A stretch of DNA of 64,000 nt from Antedon mediterranea (lineage: Eukaryota > Animalia > Echinodermata): positions 25,144,912 to 25,208,911 of the forward strand of contig NC_092675.1 of assembly GCF_964355755.1 (NCBI RefSeq). Reading direction: 5' to 3'. The notes under the pieces were generated by a model. The model was not told where the DNA came from. It saw nothing but the letters and a program-made list of their open reading frames with translations, and did not search any database. The first letter of the stretch is position 1. Each line of letters opens with the position of its first letter. Both the position numbers and the translations under genes were made by a program. This document shows positions 1-12,600 of this stretch, piece by piece.

Positions 1-860
1 ACAGTGCTATTAAAACATGTCTTCCGACATTCATTTCCTTTAAACCATACGGCTATACTTACCAAGGATAAACAGTATTTCAGCTTAAAACTGCACGTAC
101 AGGCCTACTATGAATATTACGAACGTCACACGTTTTAATTACTATTTTATAGGGTGATTTACCTTATGTATACGTATTTTCCTTTTGCTAATATCAAGCA
201 CTAATATTAGAGACAGCGTAATTTCCAACCTGCAGACGTATAAGCTGTTACATCAGGCACAGACGAGTGATTGTAGCGGATTGAACTTATCAAGTTGAGT
301 CACTATAGCAGCGTTATCCTTTTCCTTTTAATTTTCGAGGATTAGGCCTAAATATGTTTTATAGAAACTAATTTTATGCTAAGTAGTAGAAACAGAAACA
401 TTAATGAAAAATGATAAAAAACAATAATATGACTTGAAAATAATTTTATTCTGGTTATTGAATGTTCTTAATCATATTCTCATTAATATTAATGAGCGGA
501 TACAACGGGGCGTCTGTAGGCCTATTCAATAACAGAATGAAGCCCTACGATCATCGATGTGTTAGTGCATCCCTTCAAATAACTACAGAAGTTTTTTCTT
601 CTCCTATGGGATTTTTTTTTCAACTAGAACATCGCTTCTTTTAATCGAGTTAACGACCACAAGCATGATACCGAGCATTTCCTGCATACACCCAGCTTGT
701 ACAATGTATTATAACCGAAACAATATATTATGTTTAAAATAATGGTAATACGAATATACCGTTGGCCTACTTACCATAAGAATAAAAAGAAACCTGAGTT
801 AGGCCTACTATAATACTAATAGAACTCTCGTACTCCTGCCATAACAAATGTGTCGCTTAT

Positions 861-1290
861 CCTTCGAATGCAAGATATTTCATATGGCTACATAATGTTT
901 GCTATAAGAAAACGTTCTTCTTTTGTAAATTAATCAAGATAATACATTTAAGGGTCCTTAGTGGGTTATTGAGACAAACGCATTGCTTAACGTCCTTCGA
1001 ATGCACGATAGTTATCTCATATGGCTACATTAATGTATACTTACTACCGTGTAAGTAAACGTTCTTTTTTTGTAAATTAATCAACATAATACATGTAAGG
1101 GTCCTTAGTATTCAATGGAACTAACTTAGAGGGTTATTGAGACAAACGCATTGCTTAACGTCCTTTGAATGTAAGATAGATATTTCATATGGCTACATTA
1201 ATGTCACGTTTACTGTAAGCAAACGTAATACTTTTTTTCTCAATTAATCAACATAATACATGTAGGGCCCTTAGTTTTTAATGGAACTAA
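861..1290. repeat. Three imperfect tandem copies of a ~135-170 bp unit
   Basis: cctt(c/t)gaatg...catatggctaca...aattaatcaa(c/g)ataatacat...gg(t)cctta recurs at ~861, ~994 and ~1162. Confidence 0.75.
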
Positions 1291-2754
1291 GAATGATTGA
1301 GATATTGTTATACTGTGTTTTTCCAATTACAGTATTAGTACCCATTGAACATTGCAAGCACACGAAATAAAAGTGGCAAATATTATTGTAATATGTACAA
1401 ACCAATATGAGTGTTTTAACAGCCGATTCTCGGTACTGTATCTATTTCCGAAGTATCATAGGAATATTAATGGTAATAGAACATCGCGTGTATCTAGTAG
1501 GCCTATCCTTACATGATACAGGCACCACATGTGATATAAATAAGATGCTGTATTACCAAATATTCCTATCATACTTCGGAAATAGATAGTATGTGGAGAT
1601 ACATAATAGGGAATTGGTTGGTTTTAAACTGATAAATCACAATGAAATAAACAAGACAACCATCTTTTTAACCCTTGTCACTACGTATTTTAATATTAGA
1701 ATTCCTAAACGCACAAATAGCAAAGATACAAAACACGACAATAAGCACTACATACACATAATAGGAAGACAAGATTTCCAAATAATGGAAATTTAATATA
1801 AAAAGATAAATGTTGATTTATAAAATATTAGACAATGAAAGAGGTGAATTAGTTAGACTGTGGACCTTAGGATCAAAACTTAAATGACACTTAATATTTT
1901 CCTTTCAATTTCACATTGGTTCTCAATTTTAAACAAGATCCGATTTGTATATTTTTATCAAATATTTACAGTTTATGAATATTAATGTAAAATAAATTGT
2001 TTTTTATTATTATTAATTTTTTTTACATAATAAGCCAAATATATAATACACAAATATGTTTTCATGCGATTGCAATTTATACTTATCTTATATTAAAAAG
2101 TGAGCTGCCATTTGAAAGTACTCAATGATTATTTTTCTATATTTTTAAATAATTTCAATACTTATATGCCAATAGTATCTATACAAACCATTATATAAAT
2201 TGTATTTTTTTAAATAACTTCATCAACCTATAAAGAAAATTAGAGATTAGAAAGAGTGTGTCTCATTTTGTAAATATTATAATTTGTGTAAAAAAGTGGA
2301 GTAAACAACTAGTAATATTATTTATGCTACAGAAATTTTGCTAGATATGCGTGTAAAAATACTCAGCAGTAAAAATACACAGCAGTAAAAATAGACTGCA
2401 TTAAAAATATATACAACTGCATAAAATGATATATGAAATATACAGTACTTTAAATCACCGAATTTATGAGCTAATCATTTCAAAAAGAAATAAGTGTATT
2501 TTGAAGGTGATATGGATATTATTCTAGGCACCAAGCTAGGTCTAAGAATAATGAGTACACAAACACAATCCAGTCTTCACTTGTTATCAAGGAAATCAAG
2601 ATAATTTGTAAATTTGGGAAATAAAAACAAAACAATTGTTTTTTTAGATGAACTAACTAGCATATAAAATTATTTAGACGATTGTAATTAAACAATGGGT
2701 TTATAAATTACAAATGGCAAGTACTAAAATACAGAGATTGTATGTACTCTACCA

Positions 2755-3460
2755 GATAAACTGCTCAGTGTCCTACATTTTAAGATGAGCACATTTTTCC
2801 AACGTAGTCTGTGTAGTCTACTATATAAACTGCTCAGTGTCCTACATTTTAAGATGAGCACACCTTTCCAACGAGGTAAATGTAGTCCATGTATTCTATT
2901 AGAGAACCTGCTCAGTGTCCTACATTTAAACTATGAGCACATTTTTCCAACGTAGTCTGTGTAGTCTACTAAATAAACTGCTCAGTGTCCTACATTTTAA
3001 GATGAGCACATTTTTCCAATGAGGTAAATGTAGTCGGTGTAGTCTACTAAATAAACTGCTCAGTGTCCTACATTTTAAGATGAGCACATTTTTCCAACAA
3101 GATAAATGTAGTCGGTGTAGTCTACTAAATAAACTGCTCAGTGTCCTACATTTTAACATGAGCACATTTTTCCAACGAGGTACCGTAAATGTAGTCCATG
3201 TAGTCTACTAGAGAAACTGCTCAGTGTCCTACATTTTAACATGAGCACATTTTTCCAACAAGATAAATGTAGTCTGTGTAGTCTACTAGAGAAACTGCTC
3301 AGTGTCCTACATTTTAAGATGAGCACACCTTTCCAACGAGGTAAATGTAGTCCATGTAGTCTACTAGAGAAACTGCTCAGTGTCCTACATTTTAAGATAA
3401 GCACATTTTTCCACCGAGGTAAATGTAGTCCATGTACTCTACTAGAGAAACTGCTCACTA
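2755..3460. repeat. ~78-bp minisatellite, ~9 units, in the presumed p85 3'UTR
   Basis: ctgctcagtgtcctacatttt starts at 2761, 2830, 2908, 2978, 3056, 3134, 3217, 3295 and 3373, with a partial copy at 3451. Degenerate copies continue to ~3620. Confidence 0.95.
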
Positions 3461-3675
3461 TAGTGTTCTACAAAATTTAACACGAGTACAGCATTTCCTT
3501 ATACTAAGCTATCTTAAATGTTAGGTATTCTACAAATAAGTCAAGTACATTTTTCAAGGAGTCTATGTACTATGCCAGTTTAACTGCACAGTATTATACA
3601 AAAATTAAGATGAGCACATTATTCTTAACCAAGGAAGATTATGCACCAATGTGTACACTGTGATTTCATTAAAAA

Positions 3676-6600
3676 TTATGTGTACATGTTTTCATCAGGT
3701 GGAGGGGGTCCATACACAGGGTAAGCTAACGTGGTGTCTAACTCGTCATTGTGCTGGGCAAGAGAGCTTTCTTGGTACGCCAGCACAAGCTCTTTCAATG
3801 TCTTGTACAGATTATAAGGCTCGGCAAATCCATATCCTGTGTCTGTGAATATTATCTTACAATGTCTTGTCTCTCTTTCTTTAGCACTGTAAAAACAGAT
3901 TAAAAAATATTTAATTTTTATATTCTGTTATCACCCTTTTTAATCTATTCAATAACTTGTTATAACTACATTTTTAATATGTTTTGCTATATGTTATTAT
4001 ATATTATACGCAATACACAAATTAAAAACTACTGATATGAAATGACAAAAAGGATAACAAAAATATTAATAATATTGAAATGGGTAAATTTTTTTTAAAA
4101 TTTACATTACAAACAAATTAATCTCAAATTATCAAACACAAAAAAATAACTATTAAAAATGATAATCCCATAATAAACCCATCTTTTTTCTTTGTAATTT
4201 CTTTCTGTTTTTTCTCTCTTTTCAATCTTTTGATTGTAAAAGCGTTTTATAAATTGAACAACATTAACATAATGTCACATAATATATGAAAAGTATTGAT
4301 ACTTACACAATAGAGCATGCGTAACCGTCTTGTCTACTACTCTGGCGAATTAGGAAAGTTCCCTTAGCCTTGCCGTGCAGTAGGTTCTCGGCATCAGCAC
4401 GAGTCAGATTCGGTACGAACCATAAAGTTTCATCGTGATGAGGAAGATCAGATCGCAATTGATTGTGACTACTACAATAGAAAAAAGATTTATTAAACTT
4501 GGCTGCAAAATCTAAAAATTGTGATATAAAAGTTAATAATAATTATTAAAATTGCAAATAAAATAATATTTAATAATAATTGTTTTTATACGAGACTCTA
4601 CATCTCACTATGTCGGTTGGTTGGTCAGTCAGTCTGTCGGTAAACACTAACTCAAATTTGCGCACGCGACTGCAGCCATGTATATGGCCTTGCTCAAAGA
4701 GAACATGTATAATAACACAAAATATGTTGATGAATTAAATTTTGTTAATATTTAATGATAGATATATACAAAAGGTCTACCTTTCTACATTCTCCATAGT
4801 CAGCCAGCTATTAATGTCTTCTCTTTTTACACCTTTCATTCCTAGCCACCTGTATACAAAAATAACATGTAAATTAAATTATAAAATAAATAACAACTGT
4901 AACATTAAATTTAATTTTTTTACGTAAGTAAGTAAGTAAACCCCTTTGGTGTCCCTGAATAGGAGTTGGCCATAGTGATAAAACTAATAATAGGAGTGTC
5001 CCTTTAATAGGAGTGTCCCTTTAATAGGAGTGTTCCCTAAATATACATGTCACAAAAAAAGGGTTTCACTGTAGTGAAGTACTATATCATATATTAGGTC
5101 TTACATAATGCATTGGTCTCTGATCTTTTTCAATTCCATTATAACTGGTTTAATGCTGTTCATATTTCTGTCCATTCCCCTATTTGTGTTGATCTGTTCT
5201 TGTAGCTCATCATTTAACGCTTGCTGGTGTTCACGGATTTCACTCATGCGTGACTGCAATAATTCATAATTTCTCAACAGCCTGAGAAAATAGAAAATTA
5301 ATCTTTAGAATTTATATTCAATAATGGATATGTACAAAATATATTTTACTATAAACAATTCTAAAAACATAACAGCATCACATCATGCAACATAATCAAT
5401 ACATTGAAACAATAATACACCACTGCTATGAATAAGGAAAGTGGTACTGTGGCTTTGTGGTTGACATGCTTGTTAATAATCCCAGGGTCCTGTGTCCAAA
5501 TCCTCTCATAGTTTATCGCAATTTTTTTGACAGCCTCATATGAGACTAGGTTAAGCATGGGTTTCCCATCCTGTAATTAGTAAGTTGTGTACTTGATATT
5601 TATTTGCTGGGAGATTAAAAAATAAAATAATACAAATATTATACATACTCTGGTAAATCTTTTGGGTTAGCTTCCTTCTGGTTCTGTAGGTGAAGTTCCA
5701 TCTGCTCTTCAAATACTTTTATTGTTTCATTGAATGCATCAGATGCCTGCTGCTTTAATTGAATTTCCTATACAAAAAAAATACAGATTATCATGATTTG
5801 GTATAGTATCCACTCACAAAATGTTTTTTAAAAAAATGCACTACACAGCTGTAGAGATATGGTTTAAATACTTTCAAAAGCAACTTTGAACAGCAAATAA
5901 AATAAATAAAAACATTAATATTACTTTTGAAAATAACTTCTCTATAATTTACACTATGGTTTTTGTAAAGCAATCTGGATGCATTTCTAATTTTTAGAAG
6001 GATGAGGTGCATTTTTTACTAACATATCAGTTATGGCTTACCTGCTGTGTCTTACTATATTCATCATACCATTGGTCGTACTGCTTTGTTTTCGCAAGAT
6101 ATTCCAAGTTCTTTTCTAGTAATCTACTAATAACCAATTCAATACTCGTTTCTGCTTCATGGTCCTGTCAAAAATAGATTAACAAAATTAATTATTTATC
6201 ATTCTACATCATTATCAATGAACCAATTCTGTGTTAAGAGTATTGGTGATTGTAGATGTTTTAAAGATGATTCACAATTTAAACTCTTCATTAAATAATG
6301 AATTCTTTCAATATAAAATATAGATGGCATCAGCAATATTGTCTATACATAATTCAAAACACATGGTAGTACTTACACTTTCATACTTAGAAACAGACTG
6401 TACAAGCTTTATATCTAAATTAGCGTTGTACTGTGCTAAGGAATGTGAACGATAATGATTGATTAAATCTGGTACTGAATGAAACTTAAGTGGTTCTGAG
6501 AAGCCATACATTCTGTTTTTATGAAAGATCTTGATCAGTTTATTGCTTCCACCCTTCCTGTAATAAATAAATATGATATTAAGGGGACACTTTGTTGTCC

Positions 6601-9600
6601 AGAACGTACCTCCTAAAGCTTGGTTCCCACTAGAACGTAACGCAAGGACGTAAACGCAACGCAAGCGTTTTAACCAATAACAAGCGAAGTTATAGACAGT
6701 TAGCAATTACAAGCGAATAAGCCATCGCTTGTGATTGGTCAATTCACTTGCGTTGCGTTGCGTCGCTAGTGGGAACCACGCTTTAATAGGGGTTCTACTG
6801 TATTAAAAAATACAAATTAAAATATGTATATCTTTTGTCTTTTCCCAATAAATTAGTCTTATTGAACACTAAAAGACTTTTAAAATACATTTTAGTAATA
6901 CAGAGCATCTTTTATCTCATGCAAATGAGGGTCATGCTCTCTAGGGGTACTGAATCTAACAAGCACTTTTTTGAACGAAATTGCTTTCACATCAAATGTG
7001 CTTTTATACTTTTTTTTTTTACCTTATCATTGGTTTGGGTTTTGTCAATCAGAAATAGAGAGAATTGCTATAACCAGCCAGATAACTAGAATAGGTTAGT
7101 ATACAATTATTATATATATATTTTGCTGTAATTTCTTACCTCAATGTGAGTGTATAGTCACCATGAGTTGCCTTGGTTGATGCATCTCGTACCAGAAATG
7201 TGCCATCTGGCATGTCCTTCAATTTCTCATTGGCATCCTCCCTATAAGATAAGATACATTTATTGTCCTTAACCAATTTTTATTTACTTCTAAATGTTGG
7301 CACATACAGTATAACAGTGAAAATATATATAAAAATACAAAAACTATATGAATAAATTATTGACGGTATATAAAAACTACATACAAATAAATTGTCATTA
7401 ATATATATCATAAATATCTTTATTCTTTATTTCAAGCCAACAGTGTAAAACACCAATAACAGGTTGAAAATAAAATAACTAAACTATAAAATATAAGCCA
7501 ATATAAATATATACAAAAATGTAAATAAGATTATTTAAATACTTTCATTAATAATACATTTAAATTGAGAGAAACTACAGTTAAAGATATCTAAATAATT
7601 ATTTTTTTTAAAGACATATAAAATATATATGTAAAGCTATGAAATATAAAAAATTAATGTCAAAATATAAATTCACTTCAGCGCTAGAAGACGCCGAGTG
7701 CGATGAGTACATTAGTCTCCTCATACAGGGATGTCACCAGCTTTTTGGAGTGCCGGTCGGCAAATTTCCCGGGGGAGGGGGTTAACCCCGGGGTATCTCT
7801 CCCCCCCCCCCCCGGGGTTTGTCGTTATTTCAGCGAAACATAAAGAATTAGGAAAATAAATAACAACAAATTGCGTCAGGTCTAGGCCTAACCTTGTACC
7901 ATCGGGGAGTCGCCGTTATTATTCGCGAAAACCAAAAAACGCTCACGAAATGAAAAGCAATAGATCGCGTCAGGCTTAGGCCTTGCCTTGTAGACACTAC
8001 GACCACTAAGGCCTAGCCAAGGCTTAGATAGATGCCCCAAAACCCAAAATCTGAATTCCACAAAAACGGGCGCTTCTTTATTTAGGCCTAATCCCTAATC
8101 AAATAATGTAGATAAATTATTAGCCTAGACCTTACTACTTGTTGCTCGATATATGTTCATGTTCTTTTGCGCGAGAGTTTTTTAGCGTATTCGCGAATTC
8201 CGGATTTTTTGTTTCACAACTGTGCGGCAAGCATGTAGAGTGCATGGCCGGCAAGAACAGAGACACGTGTTTATGGGTTAACTCAAAGATAGTGTCCTAC
8301 TACACTATCTTTGGTTAACTGAAGTTCAGCAACCTGAAGTTATCCCAGGGACGTGTAATTATTGTACCATGCTCGGCGATCATAAACGAACGAACTTGCC
8401 CGGTCTCACTGAACCATGCGCATGTTTTTTTATTTTTTTTAATAGTTCGTAGAGTACAAAAATGTAAAACTAGTAACATAATATAATTAAAGCAGGGTGA
8501 CAAAACATTCAGCAATTAAAAATGATTTTGTTTGGGTCTATGTAGTTATACATTTTTAATTACTGCGTACTTGTTTGTATTTTTAATCTGTGCAAAATAA
8601 AACGCTTGAATGGTCGCTATGTGAACTTTAAACTTGTACACTGTGCTGTGTAGCACGTTGTTCGCCATGACTCACAAGCTGTAACAATGAATACCAGGCC
8701 AGGGTAGGCCTGGTATTGTGTTACAAATAAAGTAACGTACGTAACCACGGGAAAATTTGCTGTAGTCTTTTGTCTTATCTATATGAGGCTAGCTTGTCTG
8801 TTATTAACGATGTGCTAGGTAAAATGTTTTAGTACGAATTTTAGTTAGGCCTAGGCCTAAGAAATATCGTAATGATTAATAAATAATAGTGGTGGTCGGC
8901 AGCCTGTAAATCCTGGTCGGAAATGTTGAGTGCTGGTCGGGGCCGACCAGCGCCGACCAGCGTGGTGACATCCCTGCTCATATAACCCAAATATATTGCA
9001 CAAAATATAAACATTTAAAAGAAAATGCATAAATGCATATGTAACAATAATGTGTAGAGAGTTCTCAAGCAATTTATCAGTTCATTTTTTAATTAATAAT
9101 TACATAAAAATTCTCTTCTTTTTTACCTTGATATGTCTCCCCAGTACCAATCACTGTCTTCCATCGAGATGCTGGCTTCTTTGCGAATTGGTTGCCGTGG
9201 CAGCGGTGGTGGTACATCTGATTAAAAATAATATTAAAGACATAATTTGGGTTTCAAATTGGCAAATAAAGATGCAACTAAAAAAATGACAATTTTTCTG
9301 AATAAATTTGAATTGGCTATGGTGGCCAATGCTTTATCACAATGCAAAGCTAGTTTTATCATTTTGCCAGCAGCTGTTGAAATAACATTGCAAATAACTA
9401 ACAAGCTTAGCTTCCATATTTGTAAATGTATAATTCAAATCAATTCAATTCAATTTCATTTTAATTCGGAAATATCATCCATATTAATAAACTAATAAAC
9501 AGAAAAATTGTAAACTTTAATATATAGAATGCTTCTCCATCTACAATACATTTCGGAGTTATGGAGCATATGTTTGCAAACACAAGCTACAAGGATGTTA

Positions 9601-12600
9601 CCACTATTCAACATACGTTGCATGAAACCATAGGTAGATTTTCGCATACTGATCATGTGTTAGTGAATTAGTGAACAGATTAGAAAGCAATACATACTTG
9701 ACATTGTATCCTTTGAACTAACACCCCAGTCTATCCTCTCTATCAACCACAATATGATCACTCGATGAATTTCAGAATTGTTAATAACTTCTCTGCAACA
9801 ATTAATAACAGTAATAAAATAATAAACAAAACGATGATGCGTTATTATGACACAAGTAACTGGAGATCAACATACAAATATTCAAAACACTAGTTATTTA
9901 AACACAAAAGTGTAAACTATTAAAATTTCAAATATAACAGCATTTGAGCGACTCTTAAATAATAGTAAGTTATCTAGAAGACTGAATGTACAGTACAATG
10001 TCAAAACTACATTTTGATTGGATAAGTATTCCTTATTGTAATCACCAATTGGTTTACAGATATTTAATACATTAATCATTATACAAAAGGAGTACTTATA
10101 TAACTTGTTAGTATTAAGTATCGTAGATTAGAAATAATAAGGACATACATGTATAAAGATACTGATGTAAGCAAATAATCCAGTTGTTGAGTGAGTTGTT
10201 AAAATGCTGCTTTATTGTTGGAAGTTCATTCAAAATAAAACTGCCTTGTGGATTGTGTGTGTATCTTATATTTCAACAAGGGATTTCAATAGTTATTTTC
10301 AACCATAGGAGTAGGAGAATAAAGAGGAAAACTTACAGAATACAATCCCTTGGTGGTCGAAGCAGAATGTGGCAGAAGACAGAAGCAAGTTTCTGTGGTC
10401 CAACTTTGTTGACCAGTGAGTGCTGACAGATGCGTGTGAAGTGCTTCATTAGGTACCTAAGTGTTGACCTGTGAGCCACTGTTAAGGACTCAACCAAATC
10501 ATTAAGTCTCTCCACTTTTTCCATTTCATTCCTTATTGCTGTAAATCAAGATAGGTAGATAGATAGGTGTCCATTTCTTTATTAAACAATATACACGTAA
10601 ATTCTTATTCTTTATTTTTATTTACCCTAAGCAAATATGGTTCAACCAAAAATCCATTTGCATTTGCTTTAATTAATTCTTTTTCAGGATGACAATATAT
10701 ATTTAAATGATCTGGGATATTATTCTGTTTACACACAATATACATTTGACTGCACTACTGCATCACAGGAGGCTTGACAATGTCATATTGGTATTTTTGG
10801 TAAAAGTATAAAGATTCATTAGTAGCTAGTAAACAGAGGGGTTGATATGCCTTACTGAACACGCCCAAACCCATTTAAATTAGCTCGCATATAACGGTAA
10901 ATCGTTAAACTAGCTGCGTTAGTAACTAGTTAAACGGAGTAAAAACATTTGGGCACGCTCCCCTACAGTACATTTGTTTACTTACAATTGGCTTCTATAA
11001 AATCAGAGTACAGATCATGTGATATGACAGGATTCGGTAATTCTCGTAGGTAACGCTTTAGTACACCAGCAATACAATGAATATCGTGAACGTTGTCTAG
11101 ATCCACTGTGTTTGGGTTTTTATTGAATTGTTTCTTAACCTGATTGACTGTGAGCGTTGCAGATGACGTCCTGTACAAACCCTCTGAATTCAAACCTATT
11201 TAAATGGAAACAAACTTGTTTAAAGATCATAGAGTGAAAAATACACAAATACACTACAAACCATGTTACTTTCACTACTAAACTAAACAATGTTGAAGAT
11301 GGCATGAATTGGAAAAAAACTGAATGGAACACAATATCATTTTACAGTTTTATAAAGACAGAAGTTATTTTAAAGACCCTTTTAAATGCTTACATTCATT
11401 CTTTAAAAATGCATTCTGAAGAACCAAACTTCCCAGAAAATTTGAAAAGTGTTTATAGTGAGAGTTGATAGAAAACATTTATATAAATTGTGTAGTGCGC
11501 AATAACAATAACACACAATTAGTTTATATGTTCTTTTCAATTATTTACACAGTACAATTTCTTAAATAGTTAAACAAAGAATTTCTGACTTCATTTATTT
11601 TCAAAATACCTGAAAATATCTTTAGGAAGAATTACCAATTAATACTTGTACAAATAATGTATTACTATTCTTTATCTTATTTCATACGCATAAAAACAGC
11701 GAGCAACTCGCTAATTACAGGATGGATAAACTATTTAAAGCTTAGGGAGTGAAGTTGAAAGAGTCATTAAACAACGACAACATGTTTACCTCTTTCTTCA
11801 ATTGCTTCAACACATTTGACTACTACAAGAGGTGCTGGGTCACTTGCAGGGTCAAACTGCTCAGATAAATCTCTTGAAAAGACATTTCCTGTACACAAAA
11901 AATTTAATAAATCATTTACTAAAGAAATTTTCAAATTATGGAATACGTAATGGATGTAAAGAATGTCCAGCATTGGTACTGTACTGTAGTTTGTGCTTAA
12001 CATGTTGGTTTAATAGTGCGGGTCTTTGAAATTCAAAATGTCATGCTGTATGTGTGAAACAAGCACTGTGAATTTTATTGGGAACATGTCTACTTTGTAT
12101 GTATTTCCAGGGCACTGTGTTCAAATGATTGCAGTATGACAATACATGGATTATTCCATAACTAAATCTTGTGAAATGTATCTGATAATACCTAACACAT
12201 CCATTAAATGCACTCCACTATAAACCAAAGTGTAAAATACATACGTTTACAAAAACTATTACTTCTGATCGAGGATGAAATATTACAGACGGGCAAACCA
12301 GTCATTGCACAGCTTCTGTGACATATAAGACCACACTCTAAACAAGACAAGAATCATTCTAAAATTATATACAGTACTATATATTATTTAATATATTATA
12401 AAAATAATACGGTGACCCTAAACAGCGTATGCTGACAATCTTGATGAGTAACAGTGGCTGTCTGTAATCCCCTACTACGCTCGCGCTAAGGTCAAATTTT
12501 CGTTCGCCAAAATGGCGAAAGGTTTTGAAAAACATTAGCCAAATTGAAAATCCTTTAGCCAAATTTAAAAAACCTTAAAAAATTCGCAAAAATGTTTATT

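Noticed and set aside
2926-3480. Repetitive 79-101 aa ORFs
   Set aside because: Translations of the 78-bp minisatellite on both strands; no splice context or known domain.
5440-5510. tRNA-like sequences (also ~32810-32875, ~40810-40875, ~50830-50885)
   Set aside because: Degenerate A/B boxes without a cloverleaf; probably old SINE heads.
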